Assembly (NCBI GenBank): GCA_963740355.1
Contig: CAVUDW010000002.1
Coordinates: forward strand, 1,248,001 to 1,312,000
From: an uncultured Gemmatimonadaceae bacterium
GTDB taxonomy: Bacteria > Gemmatimonadota > Gemmatimonadetes > Gemmatimonadales > Gemmatimonadaceae
DNA: 64,000 nucleotides
Direction of reading: 5' to 3'
Shown in pieces: positions 1 to 11,846 of the stretch. The position numbers and the translations under genes are program-made. The notes under the pieces are model-generated. The model worked only from the letters and a program-made list of their open reading frames with translations. It was not told the origin of the DNA and searched no databases. Numbering within the stretch: position 1 is the first letter of the stretch; each line of letters opens with the position of its first letter.

Positions 1-304
1 CCATCTCGGTACGCGCCTTCTTCAACGCGTCCTGTGGTGAGACGTACGTCACGCTGGCCACTTCAGGGAAGGCGCGCACATCGCCCACCGCTGCGGCAAC
101 GGCGTCGGTCTCCGTCCCTTCCGTCACATAGGCGCGAATCTCGACGCGCTCTTCCAGCCGTTCGAGGGCCAAGCGCGTGTTGTATGCCACGAGGCCGAAG
201 AGGCCGAACGCAAACAACGAAAACGCCACCGTGAACACACTCAACACGCCCAGCCCTGGCGCGCGACGGAACGCCGTCCAGACTTCGCGGAACGCGAGAC
301 TCAT
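1..304 (-). CDS. ftsX: Cell division permease FtsX (N-terminal part; runs off the window)
   Basis: Translated by hand from ATG at 304: MSLAFREVWTAFRRAPGLGVLSVFTVAFSLFAFGLFGLVAYN...VEIRAYV...VTYVSPQDAL. This is a typical FtsX N-terminus, and its start overlaps the ftsE stop (TGATG). Confidence 0.88.
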   Translation of the reverse strand, partial: MSLAFREVWTAFRRAPGLGVLSVFTVAFSLFAFGLFGLVAYNTRLALERLEERVEIRAYVTEGTETDAVAAAVGDVRAFPEVASVTYVSPQDALKKARTEM

Positions 305-1011
305 CAGCTCTCCCGCTCGGCCAGCGGCGCTTCCGACGAATCGTAGACCAGCGCACCCTTGTTCAACTCGAGCGAACGGAAGCCGCTGTTGCGCACCAGG
401 TCGAGATCGTGGGTTGCCATCATCACCGCGGTTCCGCTGGTGTTGATGTCGCGCAGCAACTGGAAGACTGCGCGGCTGGCGCGGTCGTCGAGGTTGCCCG
501 TGGGTTCGTCGGCCAGCAGCACGAACGGATCGTTGACCAGTGCGCGAGCGATGGCCACGCGCTGCTGCTCACCGCCCGAGAGCTCCGATGGCATCGATTG
601 CATCTTGGGACCAAGTCCCACGCGCTCGAGCACCTTCTGCACGCGGGCCGGGATCTGCTTGGGATGTGTTCCCGTGACTTCGAGCGCGAATGCAACGTTC
701 GCCCATGCTGTCCGGTCCTCGAGCAGGCGGAAATCCTGGAACACGATCCCCAGCTTTCGACGCAGCTTCGAGACCTCGACGCGCTTGGCATTGATCGAGC
801 TCACACCGCTGACGCGAACCTCACCCGAGGTGGGCAGGTCATCCATGTAGCAGAGCTTGAGGATCGTGCTCTTGCCAGCACCACTGGGGCCGGTGAGAAA
901 GAGAAATTCACCCTTGGCCGCCGAGAAGCTGACCTTCTGCAGCCCACCGCTGCCACGAGGCCACGACTTGGTGACGCTGGTGAACTTCACGATCGTCTGG
1001 CCGCTGCTCAC
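304..1011 (-). CDS. ftsE: Cell division ATP-binding protein FtsE
   Basis: Walker A GPSGAGKS, IVFQDFRLL, signature LSGGEQQRVAIARA, LLADEPTGNLD. Lies directly upstream of ftsX. GTG start at 1011 overlaps the upstream stop (GTGA). Confidence 0.93.
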   Translation of the reverse strand: MSSGQTIVKFTSVTKSWPRGSGGLQKVSFSAAKGEFLFLTGPSGAGKSTILKLCYMDDLPTSGEVRVSGVSSINAKRVEVSKLRRKLGIVFQDFRLLEDRTAWANVAFALEVTGTHPKQIPARVQKVLERVGLGPKMQSMPSELSGGEQQRVAIARALVNDPFVLLADEPTGNLDDRASRAVFQLLRDINTSGTAVMMATHDLDLVRNSGFRSLELNKGALVYDSSEAPLAERES

Positions 1012-2165
1012 GCCAGGGCCTGTGCGAAGTCGGCGATCAGGTCGCGCACATCCTCGATGCCGACGCTCACGCGCAGGAACCCATCGGGAATGCCGAGGGC
1101 CGCGCGCTGCTCCGAGGTCATATGCGCGTGCGAGCTGAAGCGCGGCTCGCAGATCAACGTGTCGACGCCGCCCAGTGATGTGGCGTGCAGAATCAGCGCC
1201 AACCGTTCCACCATGCGATCGGCGGCGGCGGCGCCACCAACCATTTCGAGCGACAACATGCCGCCAAACCCATCCATCGTTGCGGCGGCCAGCGCGTGAT
1301 CCGGATGCGACGGCAATCCTGGATAGTGCACGGTCTTGAAGGCCGGATGCGCTTCGCACCACCTGGCCAATGCCATCGCGTTGGAGTTGGCGCGCTCGAC
1401 GCGGATCTGCAGCGTCTTCATGCCGCGTTCCAGCAGCCAGCAGGCGAAGGGATCCGGTGCCTGGCCCCAGACCATCATCTTCTGCGTGACTTCATCGATG
1501 TACGCCTGCGACCCGAACACCGCGCCACCCAACATGTCGTGGTGACCGTTGAGGTACTTGGTGGTCGAGGCGATCACGATGTCGGCGCCATGTTCCAGTG
1601 GGCGCAGGTTGACCGGGCTGGCGAACGTCGAATCCACCACCAGCGCGACACCGAGTTCGCGGGTCAGTGCGCTGATCGGCTTCAGGTCGAGCACACGACA
1701 GGTCGGGTTCACCGGCGTCTCGACGAAGATCGCGCGCGTGTTCGGCTTCATGCCGAGCCGCCATCCGCGCGATTCCAGCGGATCGACGAAGGTGACCTCG
1801 ATGCCCATCTTCGGCAGCTCTTCCGTGAACAGCCGATGCGTGCCGCCGTAGATCCAGGCGCTGCTCAACAGGTGGTCGCCCGGACGGAGGAGCGCCAACA
1901 TCGCGCACGACGTGGCGCCCATGCCGCTCGAGAGGCAGACCGCGGCTTCCGAGCCTTCCAGCGCCGCCAGTCGCTGCTGCACCAGCACGATCGTCGGCGT
2001 GTTGGCGTAGCGGGTGTAGCGTGGCACCGATGCGACGCCGCGCGGCTGCTCGAAGTTCACGCCCTGCACCAGCGGCGGCGCGATCGGGCTCAGGCCATCG
2101 CTCACGCGACCGGCGTGGACGGCGCGGGTCGCGAAGTGCATCGGTCGTGAAGGGTCGCCTGTCAT
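1008..2165 (-). CDS. PLP-dependent trans-sulfuration enzyme (cystathionine gamma-synthase/lyase or methionine gamma-lyase family)
   Basis: YTRYANTPT, SSGMGA, ETPVNP, VDSTFASP, PLP lysine in STTKYLNGH, TSLGGVDTL, LRVSVGIED. Confidence 0.92.
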   Translation of the reverse strand: MTGDPSRPMHFATRAVHAGRVSDGLSPIAPPLVQGVNFEQPRGVASVPRYTRYANTPTIVLVQQRLAALEGSEAAVCLSSGMGATSCAMLALLRPGDHLLSSAWIYGGTHRLFTEELPKMGIEVTFVDPLESRGWRLGMKPNTRAIFVETPVNPTCRVLDLKPISALTRELGVALVVDSTFASPVNLRPLEHGADIVIASTTKYLNGHHDMLGGAVFGSQAYIDEVTQKMMVWGQAPDPFACWLLERGMKTLQIRVERANSNAMALARWCEAHPAFKTVHYPGLPSHPDHALAAATMDGFGGMLSLEMVGGAAAADRMVERLALILHATSLGGVDTLICEPRFSSHAHMTSEQRAALGIPDGFLRVSVGIEDVRDLIADFAQALA

Positions 2166-2172
2166 CGTTGCC

Positions 2173-2496
2173 TTATCCCAGCAGTTCAGTTCGCGCCGGA
2201 GCCGGCCCACGATCCATGTCGGGCTTCACCAGCTTGATCACATCGCTCACCATGAGCCCCGCAATGTCCCGCACGACGACACCGCCGCGCGGCACTTCGT
2301 CGTCCACGATCACCGGGGCCAGTTCCTTGCGGCGCGGCCCCTGGATGAAGACGAGCTCCCCGTCGGCCAGCATCCGCAACGTCGCTTCTTCGCGGTTGAG
2401 GCTGATCGCCGGCCCGCGCTCCTCGTCGCCACGCCGCGTTCCGACGAAGCCGACGACCTGCAGCGGTGGGTTGTAGAGATCGGTCTGGCGTCGCAT
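2173..2496 (-). CDS. Small hypothetical protein resembling a double-psi beta-barrel (molybdopterin dinucleotide-binding-like)
   Basis: 107-aa ORF co-oriented with its neighbours. ISLNREEA..RMLADGELVFIQGPRRKELAPVIVDDEVPRGGVVV resembles the DPBB pattern. Confidence 0.65.
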   Translation of the reverse strand: MRRQTDLYNPPLQVVGFVGTRRGDEERGPAISLNREEATLRMLADGELVFIQGPRRKELAPVIVDDEVPRGGVVVRDIAGLMVSDVIKLVKPDMDRGPAPARTELLG

Positions 2497-2574
2497 GGGG
2501 GCCTGCGCTCAGGGGTGGCGGTCAGTGGTGGCTGGCGAGCTGATGTCGATCAGCGGTGCGGAGCGACGTCCGGA

Positions 2575-3159
2575 TCAATGATGGCGGTGATGCCGCAACG
2601 GATGAAATCCGGCGGGCGTCTGGATCACCAGTCGACGTCGTGCAAGCGCGACGAGTTGCTCATGCAGATCGATACGCCCGTCGACGTCAAAGGATGCAAT
2701 CGAGTCCAGATCGCCGCCGCCGGAGGCCACCACCAGCTTCCAGGCCGAGTGCTCGTCGGGCTCGACGGTGCCGAAGAGCTGCATCGATCCATCGGCCAAT
2801 TCCGCCACCAAGGCCAGACCGTGGCGCTCCAGCACCGGCTCCAGCGCCTCGAGATGCGCTTCAGCCAGGCCGCGGAACATGAAGTAGCTCGGCGGCTGCG
2901 GCGCCGGGGCGTGCGCTGGCAAGCCGGCCCCGAACCGCAGCAGCAGCTTGGCCACGATTTCGTCGGCGCAGCTGAAGTCGAGAATCCCGACGTGCGAGAA
3001 ATCGAGCACCGCCAGCCGCTGTCCTTCCATCTCGCTCAACATCGATTCCAGCTGCCCGCGCACGGCGCGACCGGTGTCACGCGTGACGAGATTCGAATAC
3101 AAATCACACTCGGCGCGCGCAATCGCCATGCGCAGGTCGAGCGGCATCAATGGCAACAT
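2575..3159 (-). CDS. STAS-like (DUF4325-like) domain protein with a possible C-terminal winged helix
   Basis: LVTRDTGRAVRGQLE...AVLDFSHVGILDFSCADEIVAKLL is STAS-like. The start is coupled to the upstream ATPase stop (TGATG). His-rich C-terminus. Confidence 0.75.
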   Translation of the reverse strand: MLPLMPLDLRMAIARAECDLYSNLVTRDTGRAVRGQLESMLSEMEGQRLAVLDFSHVGILDFSCADEIVAKLLLRFGAGLPAHAPAPQPPSYFMFRGLAEAHLEALEPVLERHGLALVAELADGSMQLFGTVEPDEHSAWKLVVASGGGDLDSIASFDVDGRIDLHEQLVALARRRLVIQTPAGFHPLRHHRHH

Positions 3160-4036
3160 CAGGACACCGCCTGCGGAATGATGATCTGCACCTGGGCGCC
3201 GGGAAATGGCGCCAGGTTCTCGGTCAGTGCCTGCTCATCATCCCACTCGGGAATGATGCCGATGCGCGCCGTGCCACTGCGCACCGTCATCTTCGCTTTC
3301 CATTTCGCGACATAGCGTCGAATGCCTGCAAGTCCCTGACCGCGGCCCGGATCGCGGAAGCGGCTGGTGGCACGCAGCACGGCCGCTTCAAGGGCCGCGC
3401 CATCGTCCCAGCGGTCAGCCGTCGCGCCACGCGTCGGCGCCAGCGATTGCCGGAAGCCCACGCCGCAGTCACTCACCGCGATCACCACCACGCGCCGGCC
3501 GAGCCGCTTCTGCCAATCGTACGTCTGCACCGCAACCCAGCCCGGCGCCACCGGCATGTTCGATGATGTTCTGACAGCTCTCCGACAGCACGACCGAGAA
3601 GCCCGACCGATCCACTGGGTGGAAAGCCGAGCGTCTCCATGATCGCGGCCGAGCGCTCCTGGATGTGCGCCACCACATGCTGCACATCTTCGGTCTGCGC
3701 GATCGGCGTCAGTTCGAGAAAGAAGTTCGAGTCGCCGGTGCGGGACTTGGGAACGGGACGGGTCAGCTCGAACAACTTTTCTGCGTGCCGGAAGAACCCG
3801 CTGCGCGCCCAGTAGCTGGCCGTGTTCGAGTCTTCGGGCGGAATGAACTGGGGACGATCACCGGTGCGCGATTGCGCCAGCGTCAGCAGCGCCACCAACC
3901 CGTACGGCGACGACCAGCGGGTGTGCCGTGCGTCGAGCAGCACCTTCGCGTCATTCGGCAGGGCGGCCAGCGGTTGCAGCAGCGCTTCGAATGTGCCGTC
4001 ATCGAGGGACGGCGGTACGGTGAGGATGGTGGTCAC
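3159..4036 (-). CDS. STAS-like + GHKL/HATPase (RsbW/SpoIIAB-like) protein, with two +1 frameshifts (~3603, ~3542)
   Basis: Stitched from three ORFs: N-terminal VLLDARHTRWSSPYGLVALL, N-box LSESCQNIIEHAG, G1 VSDCGVGF, G2 GRGQGL. Removing one G from each of two GGGC runs restores a single frame. Confidence 0.8.
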
Positions 4037-5019
4037 GACGGGGCAAGCTCTCCGCGGAGGTAATGCGCCAGCCCCGTTGCGCCGCGGTGCCGGACGTTGC
4101 GTGCCGCGGCCCGGTGGGCCAGCCTCATGGCATCCGTGAAGGTAGTGCCTGCAAGCAAATGCGAGAACTGCGTTGCCCCCCAGACATCGCCGCAGCCGGT
4201 GGGGTCGCCGGGGTCGGTATCCAGCAGGTCGGGATCGATTGGCACCAACGCGGTGCTGACCGCACTGAAGGCCGCAGCGGCGATCGGTGTCTCGACGTCG
4301 GCCAGTCTGGTGAAGCCAGGCGCCGCGAAATACACCGCGCCCTTCTTCCCCAGCGTCACGCAGAGCAGGTGCACGCCGCTGGCCAATGCCGTCGCCGCCA
4401 GCGCCATCGGGTCCGGCGCCATCAGGTTCATCTCGTCTTCGTTCACCTGCAACACGTCGCAGCAGCGGCACCAGGCCGCGGCGTCGGCCATCGCTTCCGG
4501 GATGCGGAGGCCACTGGGATCCACGCCCAGCAGTTTCGAGTGCAGATCGCAGTAGATCGGCCCCTTGAACGTGGCCCGCAACATCTGCATCGTCTCGAGA
4601 TCCAGCTCCCAGCCGGCGATGAAGTTGACGTACAAGGCATCGAGGTCAGCCAGCAGCGGACGGAGCCCGAGCCAGGTCCATGGCGGTACGCCGCCGGTGA
4701 GCACCTCGGTGCGACGCTCGTCGCTGACGTAGCGCAGCTCGACGCGATTGTTCGGTTGCGTCACTTCGATCAACGCGGCGTCGGGCGCGGCTCGACGCAA
4801 GCCGCGCACGAATTCCGTGGCGCGCTGATGCAGGTCGGCACCGACCTTGATCAGCGGTACGATCTCCCATTCGTCACTCAGCGCGGCATCGAGTGCGGAG
4901 AGGGCGTACGTGATCCCACCCCACTCCTCGACCGGCGCGGTGCGAATGTCGCGACCGTGAATGACGTCCCAGACGAACGTGCCGATGACACCGAGGCGGC
5001 GTCGCCGCGGCGGGGTCAC
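4033..5019 (-). CDS. PfkB/ribokinase-family carbohydrate kinase
   Basis: EEWGGITY, QVNEDE, VTLGKKGA, anion-hole motif DPTGCGDVW. Confidence 0.85.
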   Translation of the reverse strand: MTPPRRRRLGVIGTFVWDVIHGRDIRTAPVEEWGGITYALSALDAALSDEWEIVPLIKVGADLHQRATEFVRGLRRAAPDAALIEVTQPNNRVELRYVSDERRTEVLTGGVPPWTWLGLRPLLADLDALYVNFIAGWELDLETMQMLRATFKGPIYCDLHSKLLGVDPSGLRIPEAMADAAAWCRCCDVLQVNEDEMNLMAPDPMALAATALASGVHLLCVTLGKKGAVYFAAPGFTRLADVETPIAAAAFSAVSTALVPIDPDLLDTDPGDPTGCGDVWGATQFSHLLAGTTFTDAMRLAHRAAARNVRHRGATGLAHYLRGELAPS

Positions 5020-6017
5020 GAGGTGGCGAAGGAGCTGGTCTGCGCCTTGAACGCCGCCACGGCGCCAACCACACCGGCGCTACCGCCGAGCGCGCCGGGC
5101 ACGATCTGGCAGGCATCGACGGCCGGCGCGAATGCGCGGCGGCGAATTTCGGCCTTGAGCGGCGCGAACAGCGCCTCACCCGCATTCACCACGCCGCCTG
5201 CCAGCACCACGACTTCCGGATTGAGCACGTTGAGCAGCGCACCGATGCCAGCGCCAAGGAATCGCGCCGTCTCACGCACCACGTCGATCGCAACCAGGTC
5301 ACCTTCCTTGGCCGCCTTGTACACCATCTGCGCGGTGACCTTCTCGAGGTTCTTGTCGCACATCGTCATCAGCACCCCTTCCGTCTCGCCTGCCAGCGCT
5401 TCCCGCGCGCGATCGGCAATCGCGGTGCCTGATGCATAGGCCTCGAGGCACCCGTAATTGCCGCAACCACAGCGGCGCCCCGTCGAGTCGATCGTCATGT
5501 GGCCGATCTCGCCGGCCACATCGGACGAGCCGTGATAGAGCTTGCCATCGATGATGATGCCGCCGCCGATGCCGGTGCCGATGGTGACGCCGATCACATT
5601 CTTCGCACCCTTCGCCGCACCGGTCCACGCCTCGCCCATCGTGGCGCAGTTGGCATCGTTGTCGAGCGTCGTGTGCAAGCCGGTGACCGACTGAATCCGG
5701 TCACGCAGCGGGAACATCTTCCAGCCCAGGTTCGGGGCGGTGATGATGATACCCTTCTCGCGATCGAGCGGGCCCGGCGCACCGACGCCCACACCAAGGA
5801 AGTTCTCGCGCGGCGCACCCGTTTCCGCCATCGTCACCGCGATCACATCCTCGATCATCTGGATCATGCGCTCCACCACCGAATCCTCGCCTTCGGAGGA
5901 CCGTGTCGGCGATGAACGGAACGCGATCTCGCGTGAGCCGTCTTCCGGCATGGCACCAACCACGATGTTGGTGCCACCGAGGTCGACACCGATGATGTAG
6001 CGGGAAGAATTGGGCAT
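5016..6017 (-). CDS. ROK family sugar kinase (glucokinase-like)
   Basis: GVDLGGT, LDNDANCA, TIGTGIGGG, GEIGHM, zinc motif CGCGNYGCLE. Confidence 0.93.
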   Translation of the reverse strand: MPNSSRYIIGVDLGGTNIVVGAMPEDGSREIAFRSSPTRSSEGEDSVVERMIQMIEDVIAVTMAETGAPRENFLGVGVGAPGPLDREKGIIITAPNLGWKMFPLRDRIQSVTGLHTTLDNDANCATMGEAWTGAAKGAKNVIGVTIGTGIGGGIIIDGKLYHGSSDVAGEIGHMTIDSTGRRCGCGNYGCLEAYASGTAIADRAREALAGETEGVLMTMCDKNLEKVTAQMVYKAAKEGDLVAIDVVRETARFLGAGIGALLNVLNPEVVVLAGGVVNAGEALFAPLKAEIRRRAFAPAVDACQIVPGALGGSAGVVGAVAAFKAQTSSFATS

Positions 6018-6091
6018 GAGCGGAACGAGAACGAGGGAAGGGAAGTCGGCCCAGCGGGGAGGCCAGGCGGCACGTCAGGCGAATCGATCGA

Positions 6092-7115
6092 TCAATCAGG
6101 CAGCACTGATTGCAGCGAGGCTGCGACGGTCAGCGCGGTAATCTCGCGCATGCACTTGAAATGACCACGGGGGCAGCGCTGCGGGCCATGCGCCGAACAG
6201 GGACGACAGTCGAGTCCGGGGGCGTGTTCGACGATCGCGTGCCGCGGGGCGAGCGGCCCGAACCCGAAAGATGGCAACGTTGGGCCGTAGATGGTGACCG
6301 TCGGAGTGCCCATCGCGCTGGCGAGGTGCTGCGGCAGGGAGTCGTTGGTCACCACGCCGATGGCTCGGCCGATGAGGTCCGCCGAGGCGAGCAGCGAGAG
6401 CTTGCCGGTCGCATCCAGCACGCGATCAGGCGCGACGGCCGCGATCTCGGCCGCCAGCGCGCCATCCTCGGCACCACCAACGACGACGATCCCATGACGC
6501 CACCGGCAGCGCACGGATCAGTGCCGGAAAATCGGGCCAGCGCTTGGTCGCCCAGACACTTCCCGGCGCGATGGCGATGAACGGCGCCGTACCGAACGGC
6601 GCCGACGAGAGCAGTGCCGACACGGCATCACGGTCTGCCGGCCGCGGAAACAGCGATGGCGGCGGCGCGGGCTGCTGCGGATCTGGTGCGGCCAGGCGGT
6701 AGAGTCGTTCCGCGTGATGCCAATCAGACCGATACGGCACCCGGTTGGTGTAGAGCAGCGCACCACCTGATGTATCGAAACCGATGCGCGAGGGGATGCG
6801 CGCCATCCAGGCCAGCGCCGCACTGCGCCACGAACCCTGCGCGAGATACGCCGCGTGGTACTCGCTCCGCGCGAGCTCTGCGGCCAGCCCGCGAAGGCCG
6901 CCGAACCCCTGCTGTGCGCCACGCTTGTCGTAGCGAATCACGCGACGCACGGCTGGATGATTCTCCAGCAGCGCACCACCGGCAGGCGTCGTCACGACGT
7001 CCACCGGGCCGAGTGTCGCGAGATGTGTCAGCAGCGGCGTGGTGAGCACCACGTCGCCCAGAAATGACGTCTGGATGACGAGCGACGGACGGGCAACGCG
7101 TGCTGCGCTGCCCAA
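6092..7115 (-). CDS. waaF: Glycosyltransferase family 9, LPS heptosyltransferase II-like, with one +1 frameshift (~6492)
   Basis: The first frame has IQTSFLGDVVLTTPL and APGSVWATKRWP. The next frame has VTNDSLPQHLASAMGTPTVTIYGPT and CRPCSAHG..CP.GHFKCM. Confidence 0.82.
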
Positions 7116-7118
7116 CCG

Positions 7119-8918
<1,800 letters not shown>

Positions 8919-9059
8919 GAGGCAGGGGCTGGAGCGAGGGGCGGCGGCGCCGCGACGTCACGGAATCTAGCACATTCACCCATCTGACCGTTCTTCTGGG
9001 ACACGGTCGGGGTAACTTGCGACCAACGCGGCTCACCTTCGATCGGCTCCGACACCCGA

Positions 9060-9974
9060 ATGTCCCTCGCGAATCAGACCCGCCCCGACCTCATCGATCC
9101 GGCCGTGCTCACCGCACTGGGCGGCCTCGAAGTGCGTGCGCGCTGGCTGGTGGACGGCTTCCTCACAGGCCTCCACCGCTCGCCGCGGAAGGGGTTCAGC
9201 GTGGAATTCGCCGAACACCGGCCGTATCAGCCTGGCGACGATCTGCGCTACATCGACTGGAAAATCGCCGCCCGCACCGACCGCTGGGTGGTGAAACAGT
9301 TCGAGGAAGAGACGAACCTTCGCGCCGTCCTGCTGCTCGACGTCAGTCGCTCCATGCAGTGGAAGAGCCCCACCGCCAGCGTCACGAAACAGGTGTATGC
9401 CGAGCAGTTGGCGGCGGCGCTGGCGCTGCTGCTGCTCAAGCAGCGCGACGCCGTCGGGCTGGTGCGCTTCGATGATGCGGTCCGCACCGTGGTGCCGCCG
9501 CGCGCTCGTCCGGCGCATTTCCAGCGGCTGGTGGCGGCCATGTTGGAGCAAGGCACGGGGCGCGAGTCGCGGCTCGATCTCGCGCTGCAGCAGGCGTCGC
9601 ACCTGATCCGGCGGCCGGGCATCGTGATCATCATCACCGACCTGCTGGTGGAGCCGGAGAGTGTCGCGCCGGGCCTCCGTGCCCTGCGCGCCGCCGGCCA
9701 CGACGTGCTCTGCATGCATGTGATGGATCCGGGCGAGCGGGTGCTCGACGCCTCCACCGACGCGCGCTTCATCGACTCCGAGACGGGGGTCGAAGTGGCG
9801 GCCAGCGCTCGCGAGATTCGTGCGGCCTACAACGCCGCCGTCGAGAAGGCAATCGAATCGTGGCGCACCCTGTTCGTGGAGCAGGGCTGTCGGTATGCGC
9901 TCTGCGACACCAGCGAGCCGTTCGGCTTGCCGCTGCATCGCGCCTTCGCGGCGCGCGACTTCGTCCGGGGCTGA
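9060..9974 (+). CDS. DUF58 (VWA-like, MoxR-associated) protein
   Basis: GLHRSPRKGFSVEFAEHRPYQPGDDLRYIDWK, LLDVSRSM. Confidence 0.93.
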   Translation: MSLANQTRPDLIDPAVLTALGGLEVRARWLVDGFLTGLHRSPRKGFSVEFAEHRPYQPGDDLRYIDWKIAARTDRWVVKQFEEETNLRAVLLLDVSRSMQWKSPTASVTKQVYAEQLAAALALLLLKQRDAVGLVRFDDAVRTVVPPRARPAHFQRLVAAMLEQGTGRESRLDLALQQASHLIRRPGIVIIITDLLVEPESVAPGLRALRAAGHDVLCMHVMDPGERVLDASTDARFIDSETGVEVAASAREIRAAYNAAVEKAIESWRTLFVEQGCRYALCDTSEPFGLPLHRAFAARDFVRG

Positions 9975-9983
9975 CGCAAAACC

Positions 9984-11846
9984 GTGGCGTTTCTAGCACC
10001 ACTCTGGCTGTCGCTGGCCGCCCTTGCTGCCGTGCCGGTGCTGTTGCACCTGCTCCGGCGTAACATCGGCGCCCGCATCGAGTTTCCAGCCGTCCGCTAT
10101 CTGCAAAGCGCCGAACGCGACTCCAGTCGCGACGTCCGCGCCAAGAACCTGCTGCTGCTGTTGCTGCGCATCCTGATCGTGATCCTGCTGTCACTGGCCG
10201 CAGCCAAGCCAATCTGGACGCGCGGTGAAGGCACGCCGCGCAGTCTCGCGATCGTGCTCGACAACTCGCTCAGCACCACCGCCATCGTCAGCGGCGCACC
10301 AGTGCTGGACCGGCTGGCTGCGGCTGCGCGCGAGCTGCGTGCTGCGTCGGCATCGGCCGAGCACCTGTGGCTGATCACGGCCGACGGGACGCTGTATACG
10401 GGCCCCGATGCGATCGATGCCGCCCTCTCGCGTGTGATCGCGCTGCCGGGCGCCGGCCAGCTGGACGCCGCAGTGCGTTCGGCGATTGCGCTGACGCAGG
10501 GCGACGGGGGCGACGGCGGTGCAGTTGCCGTGTTCACCGACGGGCAGCGCACGGCCTGGACCGGCGACCTGCCGCAATCGTCATCGCGGCTGCGCGTGTT
10601 CGTGCCGGAGCTCGCGGTGCCGCCCAACGGCGCGATCCTCTCCGCAGTGGCACAGCCGCAGTGGTGGACACCGCGCGGCACCCTCGAGCTGACGGTGCAG
10701 CCGGTGCGTGATTCGACGGCCTACCGGGTCGCGATCGGTGACAAGACACTCACGCGCGGTGTCATCACGCGCGCGAAGGGCGACTCGATCGCCACCGCTC
10801 GGATCCCGTTGCTCGGCGATGGAACCGGTTGGCAGGCGCTGGAAGTCACGCTCGAGCCATCGGGCGTGGGTGCTGACGATCATGCCATCGTGCCGATCGT
10901 CGTCGGCTCGGCACCGGCAGTTCGTGAATCGGCGGGTGAGTTTGCCGCAGCGGCCGTCGCGGCGCTGCGCGAGAGTGGCCGCGTTCGCGCCAGCGGACCG
11001 GTCACCGTCAGCATCGCGCCTGCGGCGTCAGTGGCGAGCCTGCCGGCGTTGATCCTGCCGCCGGTGGATGCCGGTGGCGTCGCGTCGGCCAATGCCTCGC
11101 TCGCGCGCCTCGGTATTCCGTGGCGTTTCGGCGCCGAACAGCGCGGAACGCAGGTCGTGCACACCTCGCAGAATGACCTGCGTGGCGACACCGCGATCCG
11201 CGTCACGCAGTGGTTCCCGCTCATTCCGCAGCCGAACGCCGTTGGCGACACGGTTGCCCAGGTCGGGAGTGCAGTGTGGATGGTGCGCGGTCCGAAGTGG
11301 ATCGTGCTCGGATCGGCGCTCGACCCGTCCAGCACGACCCTGCCGGTGCGCGCGACGTTCGTGCCGTGGCTGGCCGACGCAGTCAGCAACCTTGCGTCGG
11401 GCACCACCTCCGCGACCAGCGTGGTCGCTGGTGAGCAGTTGATGCCGCCAGCGGGTGCCACGGAATTGCGCAGTGCCGATGGCAAGATCCGGCAGACGCT
11501 GACCGCCAGCGGCGTGCGGGCGCCTGCGCTGCCGGGCCTGTATTTCTGGATTCGCGGCAAGGATACGGTTGGTGCCGTCGGTGTGCGCCTCGATGCCGGC
11601 GAACCGCAACTCGCGCGGGCCACGGCGTCGGAACTGCTGGCACGATTCGGCGGTTCTGATCACGCCGTGGTTTCCTCCGAGACGGCGAACTTCCTGCGCA
11701 GCGTGCGACAGTCCGGTGCCTCGCAGCCGATGGCTGCACCGTTGCTCTGGCTCGCACTGCTGGCTGTGATCGCGGAAGCCTGGCTGTCAGGCCGCTTTCG
11801 CTCACGCAGCGCCACCAGCCCTGAATCTCTCGCACGTTCTGCCTGA
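9984..11846 (+). CDS. BatA-type N-terminal double-TM + VWA domain membrane protein
   Basis: FLAPLWL...PVLLHLLRR...FPAVRYL...LLLLLRIL (BatA motif), VLDNSLS (MIDAS-like), FTDGQ, C-terminal TM helix. Confidence 0.85.
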   Translation: MAFLAPLWLSLAALAAVPVLLHLLRRNIGARIEFPAVRYLQSAERDSSRDVRAKNLLLLLLRILIVILLSLAAAKPIWTRGEGTPRSLAIVLDNSLSTTAIVSGAPVLDRLAAAARELRAASASAEHLWLITADGTLYTGPDAIDAALSRVIALPGAGQLDAAVRSAIALTQGDGGDGGAVAVFTDGQRTAWTGDLPQSSSRLRVFVPELAVPPNGAILSAVAQPQWWTPRGTLELTVQPVRDSTAYRVAIGDKTLTRGVITRAKGDSIATARIPLLGDGTGWQALEVTLEPSGVGADDHAIVPIVVGSAPAVRESAGEFAAAAVAALRESGRVRASGPVTVSIAPAASVASLPALILPPVDAGGVASANASLARLGIPWRFGAEQRGTQVVHTSQNDLRGDTAIRVTQWFPLIPQPNAVGDTVAQVGSAVWMVRGPKWIVLGSALDPSSTTLPVRATFVPWLADAVSNLASGTTSATSVVAGEQLMPPAGATELRSADGKIRQTLTASGVRAPALPGLYFWIRGKDTVGAVGVRLDAGEPQLARATASELLARFGGSDHAVVSSETANFLRSVRQSGASQPMAAPLLWLALLAVIAEAWLSGRFRSRSATSPESLARSA

